Shown: positions 9,952-21,162, counted from the whole stretch's first letter. The stretch: 63,950 nt of DNA, filler included, from an uncultured bacterium (GCA_964609495.1; 10 parts of 10 records of this genome joined end to end with filler, not necessarily neighbours in it), one strand, 5' to 3'. Numbers and translations are program-made. Notes: generated by a model from the sequence alone, not told the origin.

Positions 9952-10857
9952 ATGGAAGGTAGTGTTAAACTCAGACCTAGACGCAAATTCTTTAACGAGA
10001 CAAACTTGTTGATCTTAGCGGCGATAGTCCCCTGCATATGCTTCTATATAATCTTCTCTGGAGTACCGATGATTTATGCCCTTTATTTGAGCTTCCATAA
10101 ATGGTCCTTCACCACTCCTCCCCAATGGGCAGGAACTGCAAACTTCGTCAAGGTATTTACCGGCGACAAGATATTCTATAAGGCGCTTAAAAACACCCTA
10201 TACTATGCGGTAGTTACTGTCCCAGTGGGTATGGTGTTGGCCCTCATGGTAGCTTTGATGGTCAATAGCGTCAAGAGACTCACCGGTGTGATTCGAACGA
10301 TATACTTCATTCCAGTGGTGACCTCTATGGTAGCCTGTGCTGTTGTCTGGAGATGGTTATATCAACCCCGCTTTGGGCTATTCAATACGATTCTAAGTAT
10401 GATGGGGCTTAAGAAACTTATGTGGTTAGATTCGCCGAGCTTAGCTATGCCCAGCGTTATAGCTATGAGCATCTGGAAGGGATTGGGATTCACCGTTGTG
10501 CTCTTCTTAGCTGGACTGCAAGGCATACCTCGAACCTTCTATGAGGCGGCTGAAATTGATGGAGCTAGTAGGTTAAAGGTTATACTTTACATCACTATAC
10601 CATTACTAAGACCTACTATCGCTTTTATATTGATAACCGGGATGATCGGTAGTCTCCAGGTGTTCTCCCAGATGTATATTCTAACTCAAGGAGGTCCGCT
10701 ATACGCTACGACTACCATTGTATATCATCTCTATTTACGCGCCTTTGAATTCTTTCAGATGGGTTACGCTTCATCAATAGCTTTCGTTCTCTTCATTATG
10801 ATCATCACTTTCACCATGTTCCAGTTGAGAATGGCCCGGACAAAATGGGAGTACTGA
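9952..10857 (+). CDS. Carbohydrate ABC transporter permease (MalF/UgpA-like)
   Basis: EAA loop FYEAAEIDGAS, TQGGP motif, six TM helices. Confidence 0.92.
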   Translation: MEGSVKLRPRRKFFNETNLLILAAIVPCICFYIIFSGVPMIYALYLSFHKWSFTTPPQWAGTANFVKVFTGDKIFYKALKNTLYYAVVTVPVGMVLALMVALMVNSVKRLTGVIRTIYFIPVVTSMVACAVVWRWLYQPRFGLFNTILSMMGLKKLMWLDSPSLAMPSVIAMSIWKGLGFTVVLFLAGLQGIPRTFYEAAEIDGASRLKVILYITIPLLRPTIAFILITGMIGSLQVFSQMYILTQGGPLYATTTIVYHLYLRAFEFFQMGYASSIAFVLFIMIITFTMFQLRMARTKWEY

Positions 10858-10903
10858 TATACCAGTAAGATAAGATCTGTTCTATAATTATAGAGGTGAT
10901 CCA

Positions 10904-11785
10904 ATGAATAAAGCGATATCAGGAGAAATTCGGGTAGCAAGAAAGCCTAATATCATCTCAAATATGGTTAAAAGACCCGGGAGTTTCATCAATGGTCTGC
11001 TTCTTGCTGTAGGTTCAATAATTATGTTAGCACCCTTTGTTTGGATGGTATCTACCTCCTTCAAGCTTCCCGCTGAGGTGATCGCTTATCCTCCGATCTG
11101 GATTCCCAGCCAGGTAACGTTAGAGCATTACAAAAAGGTGTTCATTGAGATGGCTTTCCTTCGCTTTTTCTTCAACAGCGCCTATATCTCAGTAACGGTA
11201 ACCTGCATCGCTGTATTCACTAGCGCTTTTGTGGGCTATGTCTTGGCGAAATTCCAGTTTTGGGGGCGTGATGTCATCTTCTTGGCGATCTTATCCACTA
11301 TGATGATTCCCTTCCCGGTTACGATGATACCTCTATACTTAATGATGTCCAAATTCGGATGGTTAGATTCTCACTTAGCTCTTATTATACCAGGGCTTTA
11401 CAGCACCTTTGGGATCTTCCTGATGCGACAATTTATGCATACTGTTCCTAATGAATTACGGGAGGCCGCGAGGATAGATGGTTGCTCCGAGTTCCGCATC
11501 TTCTGGACGATCGTTCTCCCCTTATGCAAACCGGCTCTAGCAGCTCTAGGCATTTTCACCTTTATGTGGAACTGGGACAGCTTCATCTGGCCCCTAATAG
11601 TTCTTCAGAATAAGCTGAGATTTACTCTACCGGTGGGATTAGCGATGTTTGCCAATCAGTGGTGGACAGATTATGCTCTGGTTATGGCTGGCGCTACGGT
11701 AACTGTTACTCCTGTTCTCATCGTATTTTTGATCTTACAGAAGAGGTTCATTGAGGGGATAACGCTTACAGGACTCAAAATATAA
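10904..11785 (+). CDS. Carbohydrate ABC transporter permease (MalG/UgpE-like)
   Basis: ELREAARIDGCS, WNWDSFIWPLI, QKRFIEGITLTGLK. Confidence 0.92.
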   Translation: MNKAISGEIRVARKPNIISNMVKRPGSFINGLLLAVGSIIMLAPFVWMVSTSFKLPAEVIAYPPIWIPSQVTLEHYKKVFIEMAFLRFFFNSAYISVTVTCIAVFTSAFVGYVLAKFQFWGRDVIFLAILSTMMIPFPVTMIPLYLMMSKFGWLDSHLALIIPGLYSTFGIFLMRQFMHTVPNELREAARIDGCSEFRIFWTIVLPLCKPALAALGIFTFMWNWDSFIWPLIVLQNKLRFTLPVGLAMFANQWWTDYALVMAGATVTVTPVLIVFLILQKRFIEGITLTGLKI

Positions 11786-11875
11786 TTCTCATTACCGTTC
11801 TCAAGTAGAAGATTATGTTCTAAGCAGGCAATAATGTTTAATATATAAGAAAATATCGGAAAGGGGAGAGATATT

Positions 11876-12937
11876 ATGTCGAAAGAGACTATGACGCCGC
11901 GAGAACGTTGGTTTGCTGTGCTTAACCGTGAGAAGCCAGATCGGGTCCCGATGGACTATTGGGCTACTCCTGAAGCTAACGAGAAACTTATGCGACATCT
12001 AGGCTGTGAGAACGAGAGAGCCTTATTTGACCGTTTACACATCGATAAGGTTATGAGCGTGGGTCCAGTTCCTTATTCGTTGGGCTTTCTGGGAGAGGGT
12101 GAAGACATTTTCGGTTGTCGTTACAGAGATGTAAATTATGGAACAGGTGTGTACTCGGAATGTATCTATAATCCGCTGGCTAAATATGAGACGCTTGAGG
12201 AGATCGAGCGGGAATATAAGTGGCCCAGCCTGGATGGGCTTGATTATTCTGGGATTCCTGATCAGGTCGTAGGTAAAGAGGATTATCCTATTCAGGGAGG
12301 TGGTTCGGAGCCTTTTTTGACCTACAAGAATCTGCGTGGCCAAGAACAGGCATTTATGGATTTAATACTTAATCCCGAAATTGTGCATTTCTGTCTCGAT
12401 AAGCTATTTGACCTCGCCTACCAAAATACCCTGCGGATATATGAGCAGATACCCGGCAAGGTTATGCTCACCTATGTGGCGGAAGATCTTGGGACTCAGG
12501 CGGGTCTGATGTACTCACCTGAGCAAATTCACGAATTTTTGATCCCTCGTATGAAACGTATGATGGATCTTGCTCATGAAACGGGGGCTTTTGTGTTTCA
12601 TCATAGCGACGGAGCTATTCGGGAGATTGCTCCTGATATGATCGCTGCTGGCATAGATATCTTGAATCCTATCCAATGGCGTTGCAAAGGTATGGAGCGC
12701 GAGGGTCTCAAACGTGATTTCGGTGATAAGGTGATCTTTCACGGAGGAGTTGATAACCAATACACCCTGGCATTTGGTTCGGTTGAGGAGGTTCGCCAAG
12801 AGGTTAGAGACAATCTTCGTATTCTGGGGGAGGGTGGTGGTTATATCCTCGCTCCATGCCACAATATCCAGGCGGTCAGTCCAGTGGAGAACATTGTGGC
12901 GATGTATGAGGAAGGATACGCCAACGGTTGGAATTGA
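11876..12937 (+). CDS. Uroporphyrinogen decarboxylase/MtaA-CmuA family protein
   Basis: MTPRER..PDRVP N-terminus, AEDLGTQ, FHHSDG, GGGYILAPCHNIQ..ENIVAM C-terminus. Confidence 0.85.
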   Translation: MSKETMTPRERWFAVLNREKPDRVPMDYWATPEANEKLMRHLGCENERALFDRLHIDKVMSVGPVPYSLGFLGEGEDIFGCRYRDVNYGTGVYSECIYNPLAKYETLEEIEREYKWPSLDGLDYSGIPDQVVGKEDYPIQGGGSEPFLTYKNLRGQEQAFMDLILNPEIVHFCLDKLFDLAYQNTLRIYEQIPGKVMLTYVAEDLGTQAGLMYSPEQIHEFLIPRMKRMMDLAHETGAFVFHHSDGAIREIAPDMIAAGIDILNPIQWRCKGMEREGLKRDFGDKVIFHGGVDNQYTLAFGSVEEVRQEVRDNLRILGEGGGYILAPCHNIQAVSPVENIVAMYEEGYANGWN

Positions 12938-13124
12938 TAGCGGATAAGAGACCTAGCTTATTGAAAATAGAGTAAGTTGTTTGATAATAAGAGGGGATAG
13001 GCTGGCTGATCTATCCTTCTCTGTGTTGAATTATGAAAGATACTGTTATAGTAGGACTATTTAGAGAAGGATTTAGAGTTGAAAGGACTCTAATAGTTGA
13101 TATGATAATAGGGGGATTATAATT

Positions 13125-13601
13125 ATGACAACGAATAATATCGCTAAACTCATAATTGCTATTGTAGTTTGTCAATTAGCAGGTGTCGTTGGTTCCTTAT
13201 TTACCTATCCTTCAATTCCAACCTGGTATGCTACACTTGAAAAACCAGTTTTTAGTCCGCCCAATTGGCTTTTTGCTCCCGTTTGGATCACCCTTTTCGT
13301 TCTAATGGGCATTTCAGCGTATTTGATATGGAACAAAGGGTTAGAAAATAGAGAGGTAAAAATAGCCTTGTCCATATTTGGCATCCAACTGGTGTTAAAT
13401 GCATTGTGGTCATTCCTATTCTTCGGGCTGAAATCCCCATTTTATGCTTTTATAGAGATAATAATACTTTGGGTTGCAATTGCGCTTACTATTATGAAAT
13501 TTCTCAAGATTTCTAAGAAAGCAGGCTTATTGCTCCTTCCGTATATAGCCTGGGTAAGCTTCGCGGCGATTCTCAATTTTTACATCTGGATTCTCAATTG
13601 A
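13125..13601 (+). CDS. tspO: TspO/MBR tryptophan-rich sensory protein
   Basis: WYATLEKPVFSPPNWLFAPVW, LNALWSFLFFG, LLPYIAWVSFA. Confidence 0.93.
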   Translation: MTTNNIAKLIIAIVVCQLAGVVGSLFTYPSIPTWYATLEKPVFSPPNWLFAPVWITLFVLMGISAYLIWNKGLENREVKIALSIFGIQLVLNALWSFLFFGLKSPFYAFIEIIILWVAIALTIMKFLKISKKAGLLLLPYIAWVSFAAILNFYIWILN

Positions 13602-14024
13602 GCAAGCGAGAGGATATATGAAAGGGAACTAATAACATACGGATATATATGATCTGGGCAGGCATTTGGTGAGGGGTTCTCCAGCAAATTCTGATAAAAT
13701 AGATTGGTGTTGGAAAAAGTGATAAGAAAGGGGAGGAAAAGATTTAAGGTTAGAGAGGGAGTTATAGAGCAATTGAAACCTAGCTTGGACTTATTTAAGT
13801 TGTGCTTCGAAACATCTCCCTATTTGTCTCTCCCCTATCCTTTAATCCCAGTCAGACCCCCTTTGATCGTTGCTCTAATTCTTTATTTCTGGCCTCTAAG
13901 TATCCTAGCTTATAGATGGCTATANNNNNNNNNNNNNNNNNNNNNNNNNNNNNNNNNNNNNNNNNNNNTTAATTAATTAANNNNNNNNNNNNNNNNNNNN
14001 NNNNNNNNNNNNNNNNNNNNNNNN

Positions 14025-15307
14025 CTGACACTTTTTCATTTATAGAAGCGCCGAATCCACTTTCTGATACAAATCCTACTTATCCACTAATTGAAAAAGA
14101 AGTTCCTGCTATCGGCGATCCCTTTTTTGATCTTCGCTTTGGAACAATTCTCACCCGTGCGACAGAAATTGATGGCTATAGAGGAAGACACGAATATTCT
14201 CGTTTTGACCCTTTCAATAAAGACCAATCTATGATTATCTTGGATATAGAGGAGTTATGGAATATATACAGCACTCAGTCATTTCCCTATAACCAGGCCA
14301 GTAATCTGGTTATGGCAGTTCATCTGGAGGAGCTTCGCTGGGATCCAAATGATCCGAACTTGATTTGGGGGGTAGATGAGTTCAGCATAAAGACGGTCGA
14401 CGTATCGACCGGACAAACAACTGTTATAAAGGATTTCTCACTGGATCCAATAATGGGCCCTATTATTGCCCAAGAAAATGTTTACCGGATCACTATGAAG
14501 GATGAGGGTGAATCATCTCTAGATAAGCGATACTGGGCGTTCTTTCTTCAAGGTGATGCCCAGGAGGATTATAACCAACGGTATATCTTTACCTGGGATA
14601 GAGATGCAGATACTATACTGGGGGTATACGAGATCGCTCCTGACGAAACCGAACTTGACTGGATCGGTATGTCTCCCTTGGGTAACTGGGTCTTGATTGG
14701 TGGGGACTCGTATAATGGAGGCAACCTTGCGGGACTCACCATGGCAAATAAAGAACTTACCCAGTTCCATAGATTGGACTATACCACCGCTCATTCTGAT
14801 GTAGGACTAGATACTGATGGGAATGAAGTTATTGTGATGCAAAATACAAGAACAGATTATATCGATTTGATCCCCATTGATCTAAATACCCGGCCAATTC
14901 TGGAGCTAGGTGGGAGTTATGAAAACACTAATCACATCCCCATCGTGCGGTTGTTTTATTCAGATGAATCTTCGCATGGATTTCAGGATGGTATCCATAT
15001 CTCCTGTAATGTTCCCGGATATTGTGTGGTATCTACTACCATAGAGCCTGGACTGCAAGAACAAAATTGGTTGGATCGAACCATTATCTTAGTCAGACTG
15101 GACAAGCAGAATCCGCGTGTATTCTATTTAGCAAAGCTATATAACACAACTGAAAGTTACTGGGAAGAAACTCAGGCAACTATAACAAACGACGGTTCAA
15201 AAGTAGTCTGGGCGTCAAATTGGAATCGGGCCGTTGGACAGGAAGAGGTTTTTTTGATGCAATTGACTATGCCACCCAATTGGAAAGAGCTAACTTCAAG
15301 GAGATGA
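14025..15307 (+). CDS. Hypothetical beta-propeller-like protein, 5' truncated by contig edge
   Basis: Frame is open from 14027 (..PAIGDPFFDLRFGTILTRAT..HEYSRFDPFNKD..), upstream of the listed ATG; repeated SP/NDG..V.W blade-like motifs. Confidence 0.6.
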
Positions 15308-15472
15308 GTTAGCTGAAATTGTCCACCTTGAACGGAAGGATATTATTGCCGTGCATCTGTCTGATGTTTGAGGTAATGATGATAAAGCTGGATTAGAAAC
15401 ATTTATAATCGCCTTTTTCGTAATTGCTGGGGTTAGGGCCGCTTCGATAATCTCGAACTGGAAGGTGAAATT

Positions 15473-15952
15473 ATGAATCAAATAATAATGCATCCAATCG
15501 GAATAATCCACTCGCCTTATAAAGAAGGTAAGGATATTCCTATCCAGGGGATTTTTAAGGACAAAATAGAGGCTTGGATCGAATTAGAAGATAAATATGT
15601 CAATGGCTTAAAAGACTTGGATAAATTTAGTCATGCCATAATAATATACTATTTCCATAAGTCGCAGAGGGAGGAAATCGAAGGAAAACCGTTTCTTGAA
15701 CAAAATAAACACGGGATATTCGCCATAAGAAGCCCCCACCGCCCCAATCATATAGGACTCTCTATTGTAAAAATCAAGAGGATCGAGGGGAACAAAATGT
15801 ATTTTACGGAAGTAGATGTTTTAGATGGAACACCTCTTCTCGATATAAAACCCTACGTCAAACATTTTGATAGCCGAGAAAATGTTACTTCTGGCTGGTT
15901 AGATAAGCACTTCAAAAATGGAAATATTCCGGATGAGACCATTATAAAATAA
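15473..15952 (+). CDS. tsaA: tRNA m6t6A37 methyltransferase TsaA/TrmO (YaeB family)
   Basis: PIGIIHSPY, GIFAIRSPHRPNHIGLS, DVLDGTPLLDIKPY. Confidence 0.92.
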   Translation: MNQIIMHPIGIIHSPYKEGKDIPIQGIFKDKIEAWIELEDKYVNGLKDLDKFSHAIIIYYFHKSQREEIEGKPFLEQNKHGIFAIRSPHRPNHIGLSIVKIKRIEGNKMYFTEVDVLDGTPLLDIKPYVKHFDSRENVTSGWLDKHFKNGNIPDETIIK

Positions 15953-16042
15953 TAGAGGAGTAAATTGATTAATAAAAATCTCTAATTCCACCAAATACCA
16001 ACTCAAAAAGAGGATATTACATATTAAAGGAAAGAAATAAGG

Positions 16043-17848
16043 ATGAGTGAAAGAATAGGATTCGGGCTTCAGACTAAATTAATACTGATCTTCCTAATTA
16101 TCACCCTCATCCCAATGGGAGTGGTGATGTATATAGCCTATCAGCGCGTCGCTGAACGTTTCAATACTATGGCTCAGGAGAGAATCAAGAATACCTTGCA
16201 ACATATCGAGGAGGAATATAACAATAAACAAAACGAGCTCCTAAACGAGGTAGAGAGGATATTAGAAGCGAGAAGCTTCGATATAAAGAGACTCCTGCTC
16301 CAAGGTCCCCAGTCGACACTCATTGATCTGGCAGTCGAGATGCGTGAAGCTCGAGGACTAGATATTCTGGAGATAGGCGATCAAGAGGGAACTGTCCTAG
16401 CTAAAGGAGATGAACGAGCTGGCTTTGGCTTCAGCCGGGGGGATGAGGAGGAGATCGAAAGAGCCTTGAAAGGAGAAACGGTTACGACGCTTTCCCGAGA
16501 GAGAAGATTAGGCAGAAATTATCTGATGATAGAGGCGATCGTGCCTATACGATATTCCAGCTCGAACATCGGCACCGTATTAGGAGGCTATATCCTTGAT
16601 AAGAAATTCGCTCAGCGATTGAAAGAGGTAAGCTCAGCCGAGATAATCATCTTAAATGATGATGAGATCGAGACTTCCACTATAAATACCTCCAATGCGG
16701 GCGAGAGTCTCTATTCATATCTTCAACCGCTTCTAAGTAAAATCCATAAAGGGGGATATCTGGGTACTATCACCCTCTCTCAAGATAGATATAATCTCGG
16801 AAGTGTTCCTCTGAGAGCAACGAATAAAGAGATACTAGGAACGATATTGATCGGTATCTCCGATAAGGAGAGAATGCAAACGATAAAGGATATGAGCCAA
16901 CTTTTCCTTATTCTAGCTCTAGGAGGAGTTTTGATAGCTTCTGCCTTAGGATATTTCATCGCTAGAGGTATAACTCGCCCCATAAGGGAGTTAGTTCGAG
17001 GAGCTAAAGCCATCGCGGCTGGAGATCTGGAGCACCAGATCATAACCAGATCGAGAGATGAGGTGGGAATGTTGGTAGGTGCTTTCAATCAGATGGCCAC
17101 CGATCTAAAGGAAAATCGAGAGAGAAGGATCCGAGCGGAGAGGCTTGCCGCCTGGAGGGAAGTTGCTCGCAAGGTAGCTCATGAGATAAAAAATCCCCTA
17201 TTTCCTATTCAACTCTCCATTCAAAGCCTCCGCTCGATGTATCAAGCGAATAGAGAGGGCTTTGAAGATATCTTCGATGATTGCACCACCACTGTTTTAG
17301 AAGAGGTGGAGGTTCTAAAGAATCTAGCTTCCTCCTTCTCCGAGTTCGCGAAGATGCCCACTCTGTATTTCAAATTAGATAATGTAAATGATATACTAAG
17401 GAGCGTCTTAGCTCCTTATATACAGGATGGATCCCCCTCCTATATTCATACAGAACAAAAGGTAGAGATCGAAGCTGATTATGATGATAATATCCCAGAT
17501 ACTATACTCGATAGGAAACAACTCAGCCAAGCTTTCTTAAATCTAATCTCCAATGCCTTAGATGCTATGGATGGAGGGGGGAAATTGAAGATAAAAACTG
17601 CCCTGGTAAGCTCTAATTCAGGAGAAAATGAGATCTGGGTGGAATTCACAGATAATGGTCCTGGCATACCAGAGCAGATAAGAGATAAGGTATTCAACCC
17701 CTACTTCACCACTAAGAAGACGGGAACTGGCTTAGGTTTAGCTATAACTAATAGGATTATAATAGATCATAGAGGGAGGATTGAAGTTCGGAGCGAGGAA
17801 GGAAAAGGCACTACCTTTACCCTTATCCTTCCCACCAGCTCCAGTTAA
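16043..17848 (+). CDS. Sensor histidine kinase, NtrY-like (Cache-HAMP-HisKA-HATPase)
   Basis: AAWREVARKVAHEIKNPL H-box; N, G1, F and G2 boxes; two TM helices. Confidence 0.9.
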   Translation: MSERIGFGLQTKLILIFLIITLIPMGVVMYIAYQRVAERFNTMAQERIKNTLQHIEEEYNNKQNELLNEVERILEARSFDIKRLLLQGPQSTLIDLAVEMREARGLDILEIGDQEGTVLAKGDERAGFGFSRGDEEEIERALKGETVTTLSRERRLGRNYLMIEAIVPIRYSSSNIGTVLGGYILDKKFAQRLKEVSSAEIIILNDDEIETSTINTSNAGESLYSYLQPLLSKIHKGGYLGTITLSQDRYNLGSVPLRATNKEILGTILIGISDKERMQTIKDMSQLFLILALGGVLIASALGYFIARGITRPIRELVRGAKAIAAGDLEHQIITRSRDEVGMLVGAFNQMATDLKENRERRIRAERLAAWREVARKVAHEIKNPLFPIQLSIQSLRSMYQANREGFEDIFDDCTTTVLEEVEVLKNLASSFSEFAKMPTLYFKLDNVNDILRSVLAPYIQDGSPSYIHTEQKVEIEADYDDNIPDTILDRKQLSQAFLNLISNALDAMDGGGKLKIKTALVSSNSGENEIWVEFTDNGPGIPEQIRDKVFNPYFTTKKTGTGLGLAITNRIIIDHRGRIEVRSEEGKGTTFTLILPTSSS

Positions 17849-17851
17849 ATT

Positions 17852-19219
17852 ATGTCTTCTGATAAAAGCACTATTCTCGTTGTTGATGATGAGAAGAATA
17901 TACTGAGATCGCTATCAACCGCTCTCAAGATCGAGGGCTATGCCGTATTAACCGCTCAGGAAGGTGAGGAAGCCCTTCGACTTATAGAGGAGAAACCAAT
18001 AGATCTGGTGATGCTGGACGTTTGGATGCCGGAGATGGATGGTTTAGATGTCCTGAAGAGAATAATGAAGATAAGACCAGATTTAGTCGTTATAATGATG
18101 TCTGGTCAAGCGACGATTGAGGCCGCGGTAAAAGCTACGAAGTTAGGAGCTTATGACTTCATCGAAAAGCCGATCTCGATCGAGAAGATCTCCCTTACGA
18201 TAGAGAACACGCTCAAGTTCAAGCGTCTGGAAAGGGAAAACTTAACTTTACGGCAGGCAGTTGGGCAAAAGTATGTTATGATCGGAGAAAGCCCTGAGAT
18301 GAGACGCCTCTTCGCCCAGATAAAGCAAGTAGCTCCTACTCATAGTCGGGTCCTCATCTCCGGGGAGAATGGAACTGGTAAGGAGTTAGTCGCTTGGGCG
18401 ATCTACCAGAATAGCACTCGTCGCGATAAACCATTTGTCAAGGTCAATTGTGCCGCTATCCCTGAGGATCTTATTGAGAGCGAGCTTTTCGGACATGAGA
18501 AGGGAGCTTTCACCGGTGCCACTCAAATGCGTCATGGAAAGTTTGAGTTAGGGGATGGAGGGACGATCTTTCTCGATGAGGTGGGGGATATGAGTCTGAA
18601 GACTCAGGCTAAGGTATTGCGCGTCTTAGAGTCAGGAGAATTTGAACGCGTGGGAGGATCTAAGCCGATCACGGTGGATGTGCGTGTTATCACCGCAACG
18701 AATAAGGATCTCAAGGAGGAGATTCGCCAGGGAAACTTCCGTCAGGATCTATACTATCGCCTCAACGTTATTCCTATCTTTGTTCATCCTCTAAGGGAGA
18801 AGAGGGAGGACATCCCTCTGTTGATCGAACATTTCCTTCACGAATTTTGTGAGGAATATGGAAAGAGACGGAAGCGGATGACTCCCGAGGCAATACAGAT
18901 ATTGAGGCGACACGATTGGCCCGGAAATATACGGGAATTGAAGAACATAGTCGAACGAATAGTGATTATGGTTCCGGGTGATGAGATCGATGTAGAAGAT
19001 GTGCGCCCTCTATTTATGGAACCAGTTGATATCGGCACTTATGATGATGCTCTCTCCTTGAAGGACGCAGTCAATGAATTCGAGAGGGACTATATACTTC
19101 GCAAGTTGGAGGATAATGATTGGAATGTCAGTCAAACGGCGGAGATTCTCAAGATCGAGAGGAGCCATCTTTACAAGAAGATGAGAAGCTACGGGATAAA
19201 GAAGCCCCAATATGCTTAG
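17852..19219 (+). CDS. Sigma54-dependent response regulator, NtrX/NtrC-like
   Basis: REC domain (LDVWMP), GENGTGKE Walker A, intact GAFTGA, C-terminal Fis HTH. Confidence 0.93.
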   Translation: MSSDKSTILVVDDEKNILRSLSTALKIEGYAVLTAQEGEEALRLIEEKPIDLVMLDVWMPEMDGLDVLKRIMKIRPDLVVIMMSGQATIEAAVKATKLGAYDFIEKPISIEKISLTIENTLKFKRLERENLTLRQAVGQKYVMIGESPEMRRLFAQIKQVAPTHSRVLISGENGTGKELVAWAIYQNSTRRDKPFVKVNCAAIPEDLIESELFGHEKGAFTGATQMRHGKFELGDGGTIFLDEVGDMSLKTQAKVLRVLESGEFERVGGSKPITVDVRVITATNKDLKEEIRQGNFRQDLYYRLNVIPIFVHPLREKREDIPLLIEHFLHEFCEEYGKRRKRMTPEAIQILRRHDWPGNIRELKNIVERIVIMVPGDEIDVEDVRPLFMEPVDIGTYDDALSLKDAVNEFERDYILRKLEDNDWNVSQTAEILKIERSHLYKKMRSYGIKKPQYA

Positions 19220-19254
19220 AAGATCTTCTACAATAGTCTTAGAAAGGAGATAAA

Positions 19255-20412
19255 TTGATGTCAACTGAAAGAGTGCGAGCCGCGGTTATGGCTGCCCCTG
19301 GTAAGATTGGAGTGCAAGAGTTTCCTCGCCCTTCCTTGGAGGAGGGAGCATTGTTAGTGAAAATGGAAATGTCTGGGATATGCGGGACCGATAAGCATAC
19401 CTATAGAGGGGAGGGAATTCAATATGGAGGGACTAAAGCAGAGACAAGAACTCCCTTCCCTATAATCCCCGGTCATGAAAACGTAGGGATCGTAGCGGAG
19501 ATAACTAATAGAGCTTGTAAGGATATAGAGTTCAGCGGAAAGCCACTTAAGGAGGGTGATAGAGTGGTTATATGCCCCGACATCGTCTGTGGTAAATGCT
19601 ATTACTGCAGATACATCGCTGGTTATTTATGGTGTGATAACCCTAAAGGATATGGCAATATGAGCTGTGCAGACCCTCCTCATCTATTAGGGGGATGGTC
19701 TGAATATCTATACGTAATGCCCGCCAGTTATGTCTATAAAGTCCCAGAGGATATCCCTCCTCGAATTGCTGTTTTAGCAGAGCTAATGGCGGTCACCTAT
19801 AACCTAGACAAAGCTAAGGAATTCTTCTCGATGTCAGGTGAACCATTCGGTTTCTGCGATACAGTAGTTGTGCAAGGCGTTGGCCCATTGGGATTATGTC
19901 ATCTGATCAAAGCCCGGATGCTGGGAGCAGGAGACATTATCGCGATAGATAAATCCGAATTTCGCTTGAATATGGCTAAGGAGTTCGGAGCAGATTATAT
20001 AATAAATATAAAGGATACTACTTCCGAGGATAGGATAGACTATGTAAGAGATTTAACTGAAGGAAGAGGAGCAGATGTAGTGATAGAATGCGCGGGAGTG
20101 CCTCAGGTTATCCCTGAAGGACTGGAGATGCTTCGTCGAGGAGGAATGTATATCGAAACTGGGAATTTCGTGGATATGGGAGAGGTATCAATTAACCCCC
20201 ATCGTCATCTCTGTGCTAAGAACGTTCGCTTGATCGGCCTTACTAATCATCCTAATACTGGCTATGTCCCTACCCTCAAAGCGTTCAGAAAATATGGTCA
20301 TATCTTTCCCTTCGAGAAGATAGTAACTCACTTCTATACCATAGATGAAGCGGATAAGGCCCTTGAGAAGTCGATGGAGATGGATAGCATGAAGGTAGTT
20401 ATCACCCCCTAA
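19255..20412 (+). CDS. Zinc-dependent medium-chain alcohol/sugar dehydrogenase
   Basis: GICGTD, GHE, C-X2-C-X2-C-X7-C structural zinc, GVGPLG. Confidence 0.9.
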   Translation: MMSTERVRAAVMAAPGKIGVQEFPRPSLEEGALLVKMEMSGICGTDKHTYRGEGIQYGGTKAETRTPFPIIPGHENVGIVAEITNRACKDIEFSGKPLKEGDRVVICPDIVCGKCYYCRYIAGYLWCDNPKGYGNMSCADPPHLLGGWSEYLYVMPASYVYKVPEDIPPRIAVLAELMAVTYNLDKAKEFFSMSGEPFGFCDTVVVQGVGPLGLCHLIKARMLGAGDIIAIDKSEFRLNMAKEFGADYIINIKDTTSEDRIDYVRDLTEGRGADVVIECAGVPQVIPEGLEMLRRGGMYIETGNFVDMGEVSINPHRHLCAKNVRLIGLTNHPNTGYVPTLKAFRKYGHIFPFEKIVTHFYTIDEADKALEKSMEMDSMKVVITP

Positions 20413-20453
20413 GTGATAATAGCGATTAGAACTTGTGATCTATACCGTTATTT

Positions 20454-20492
20454 ATAGGCGTCGGATTTTTTGATTCGATGCCTATTATTTTT
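20454..20492 (+). terminator. Terminator after dehydrogenase
   Basis: ATAGGCGTCGGA...TTCGATGCCTAT stem followed by TATTTTT. Confidence 0.6.
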
Positions 20493-20744
20493 ATCCATAC
20501 CTCTTGACATTATTTATGACATATGTTACAATTCTAATGCTCCGCTCGAGATATAATGAGGATAAGATACAGATAATATGCAAGAAAGCATATTTTAGCA
20601 GTGAGTTATCCGACATTGCGACGGCGGGGAAGATAGTGAGGATTAGAAGGGGAAAGGTGTTAAACTTATAGTAGAAGACAAAAGTCGATTTAATAATTTC
20701 GCTCATATTAGATTCTGCGTGCTTAGCTAAGGTTTCAAATTTAA

Positions 20745-20815
20745 ATCACCCTCCCCTAACCCCTCCCATCGAGGGAGGGGAATAAGAAGAGCAGTCCTAT
20801 CTGGATGTTCCCTCT
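20745..20815. repeat. REP-like double-hairpin repeat, partial at contig end
   Basis: Reverse-complement match to 2417-2490. Confidence 0.8.
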
Positions 20816-21162
20816 NNNNNNNNNNNNNNNNNNNNNNNNNNNNNNNNNNNNNNNNNNNNTTAATTAATTAANNNNNNNNNNNNNNNNNNNNNNNNNNNNN
20901 NNNNNNNNNNNNNNNGTTATCTCGATATACGAGATAACTAATATCATATATCGAGGTTCATTTGTTTAATGAGGATAGAGATATCCTGCCTTTAATACCA
21001 ACTTAGGATATTCTTAATTCCTCGAAGTTGCCATATTTTCCCTGTAAGATATTGAATCTATGCTAACTTGAGGAGGTGGTGATCGAATTTTTGAAGATTG
21101 TTGGAGGATTTAGAAATCTTGGGAGTGTAGTATCTTTAAGAAATTTAAAAGGAGGAGTTTCA

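Noticed and set aside
13704-13924. 90-aa ORF running into the linker
   Set aside because: No RBS or family motif; length inflated by Ns
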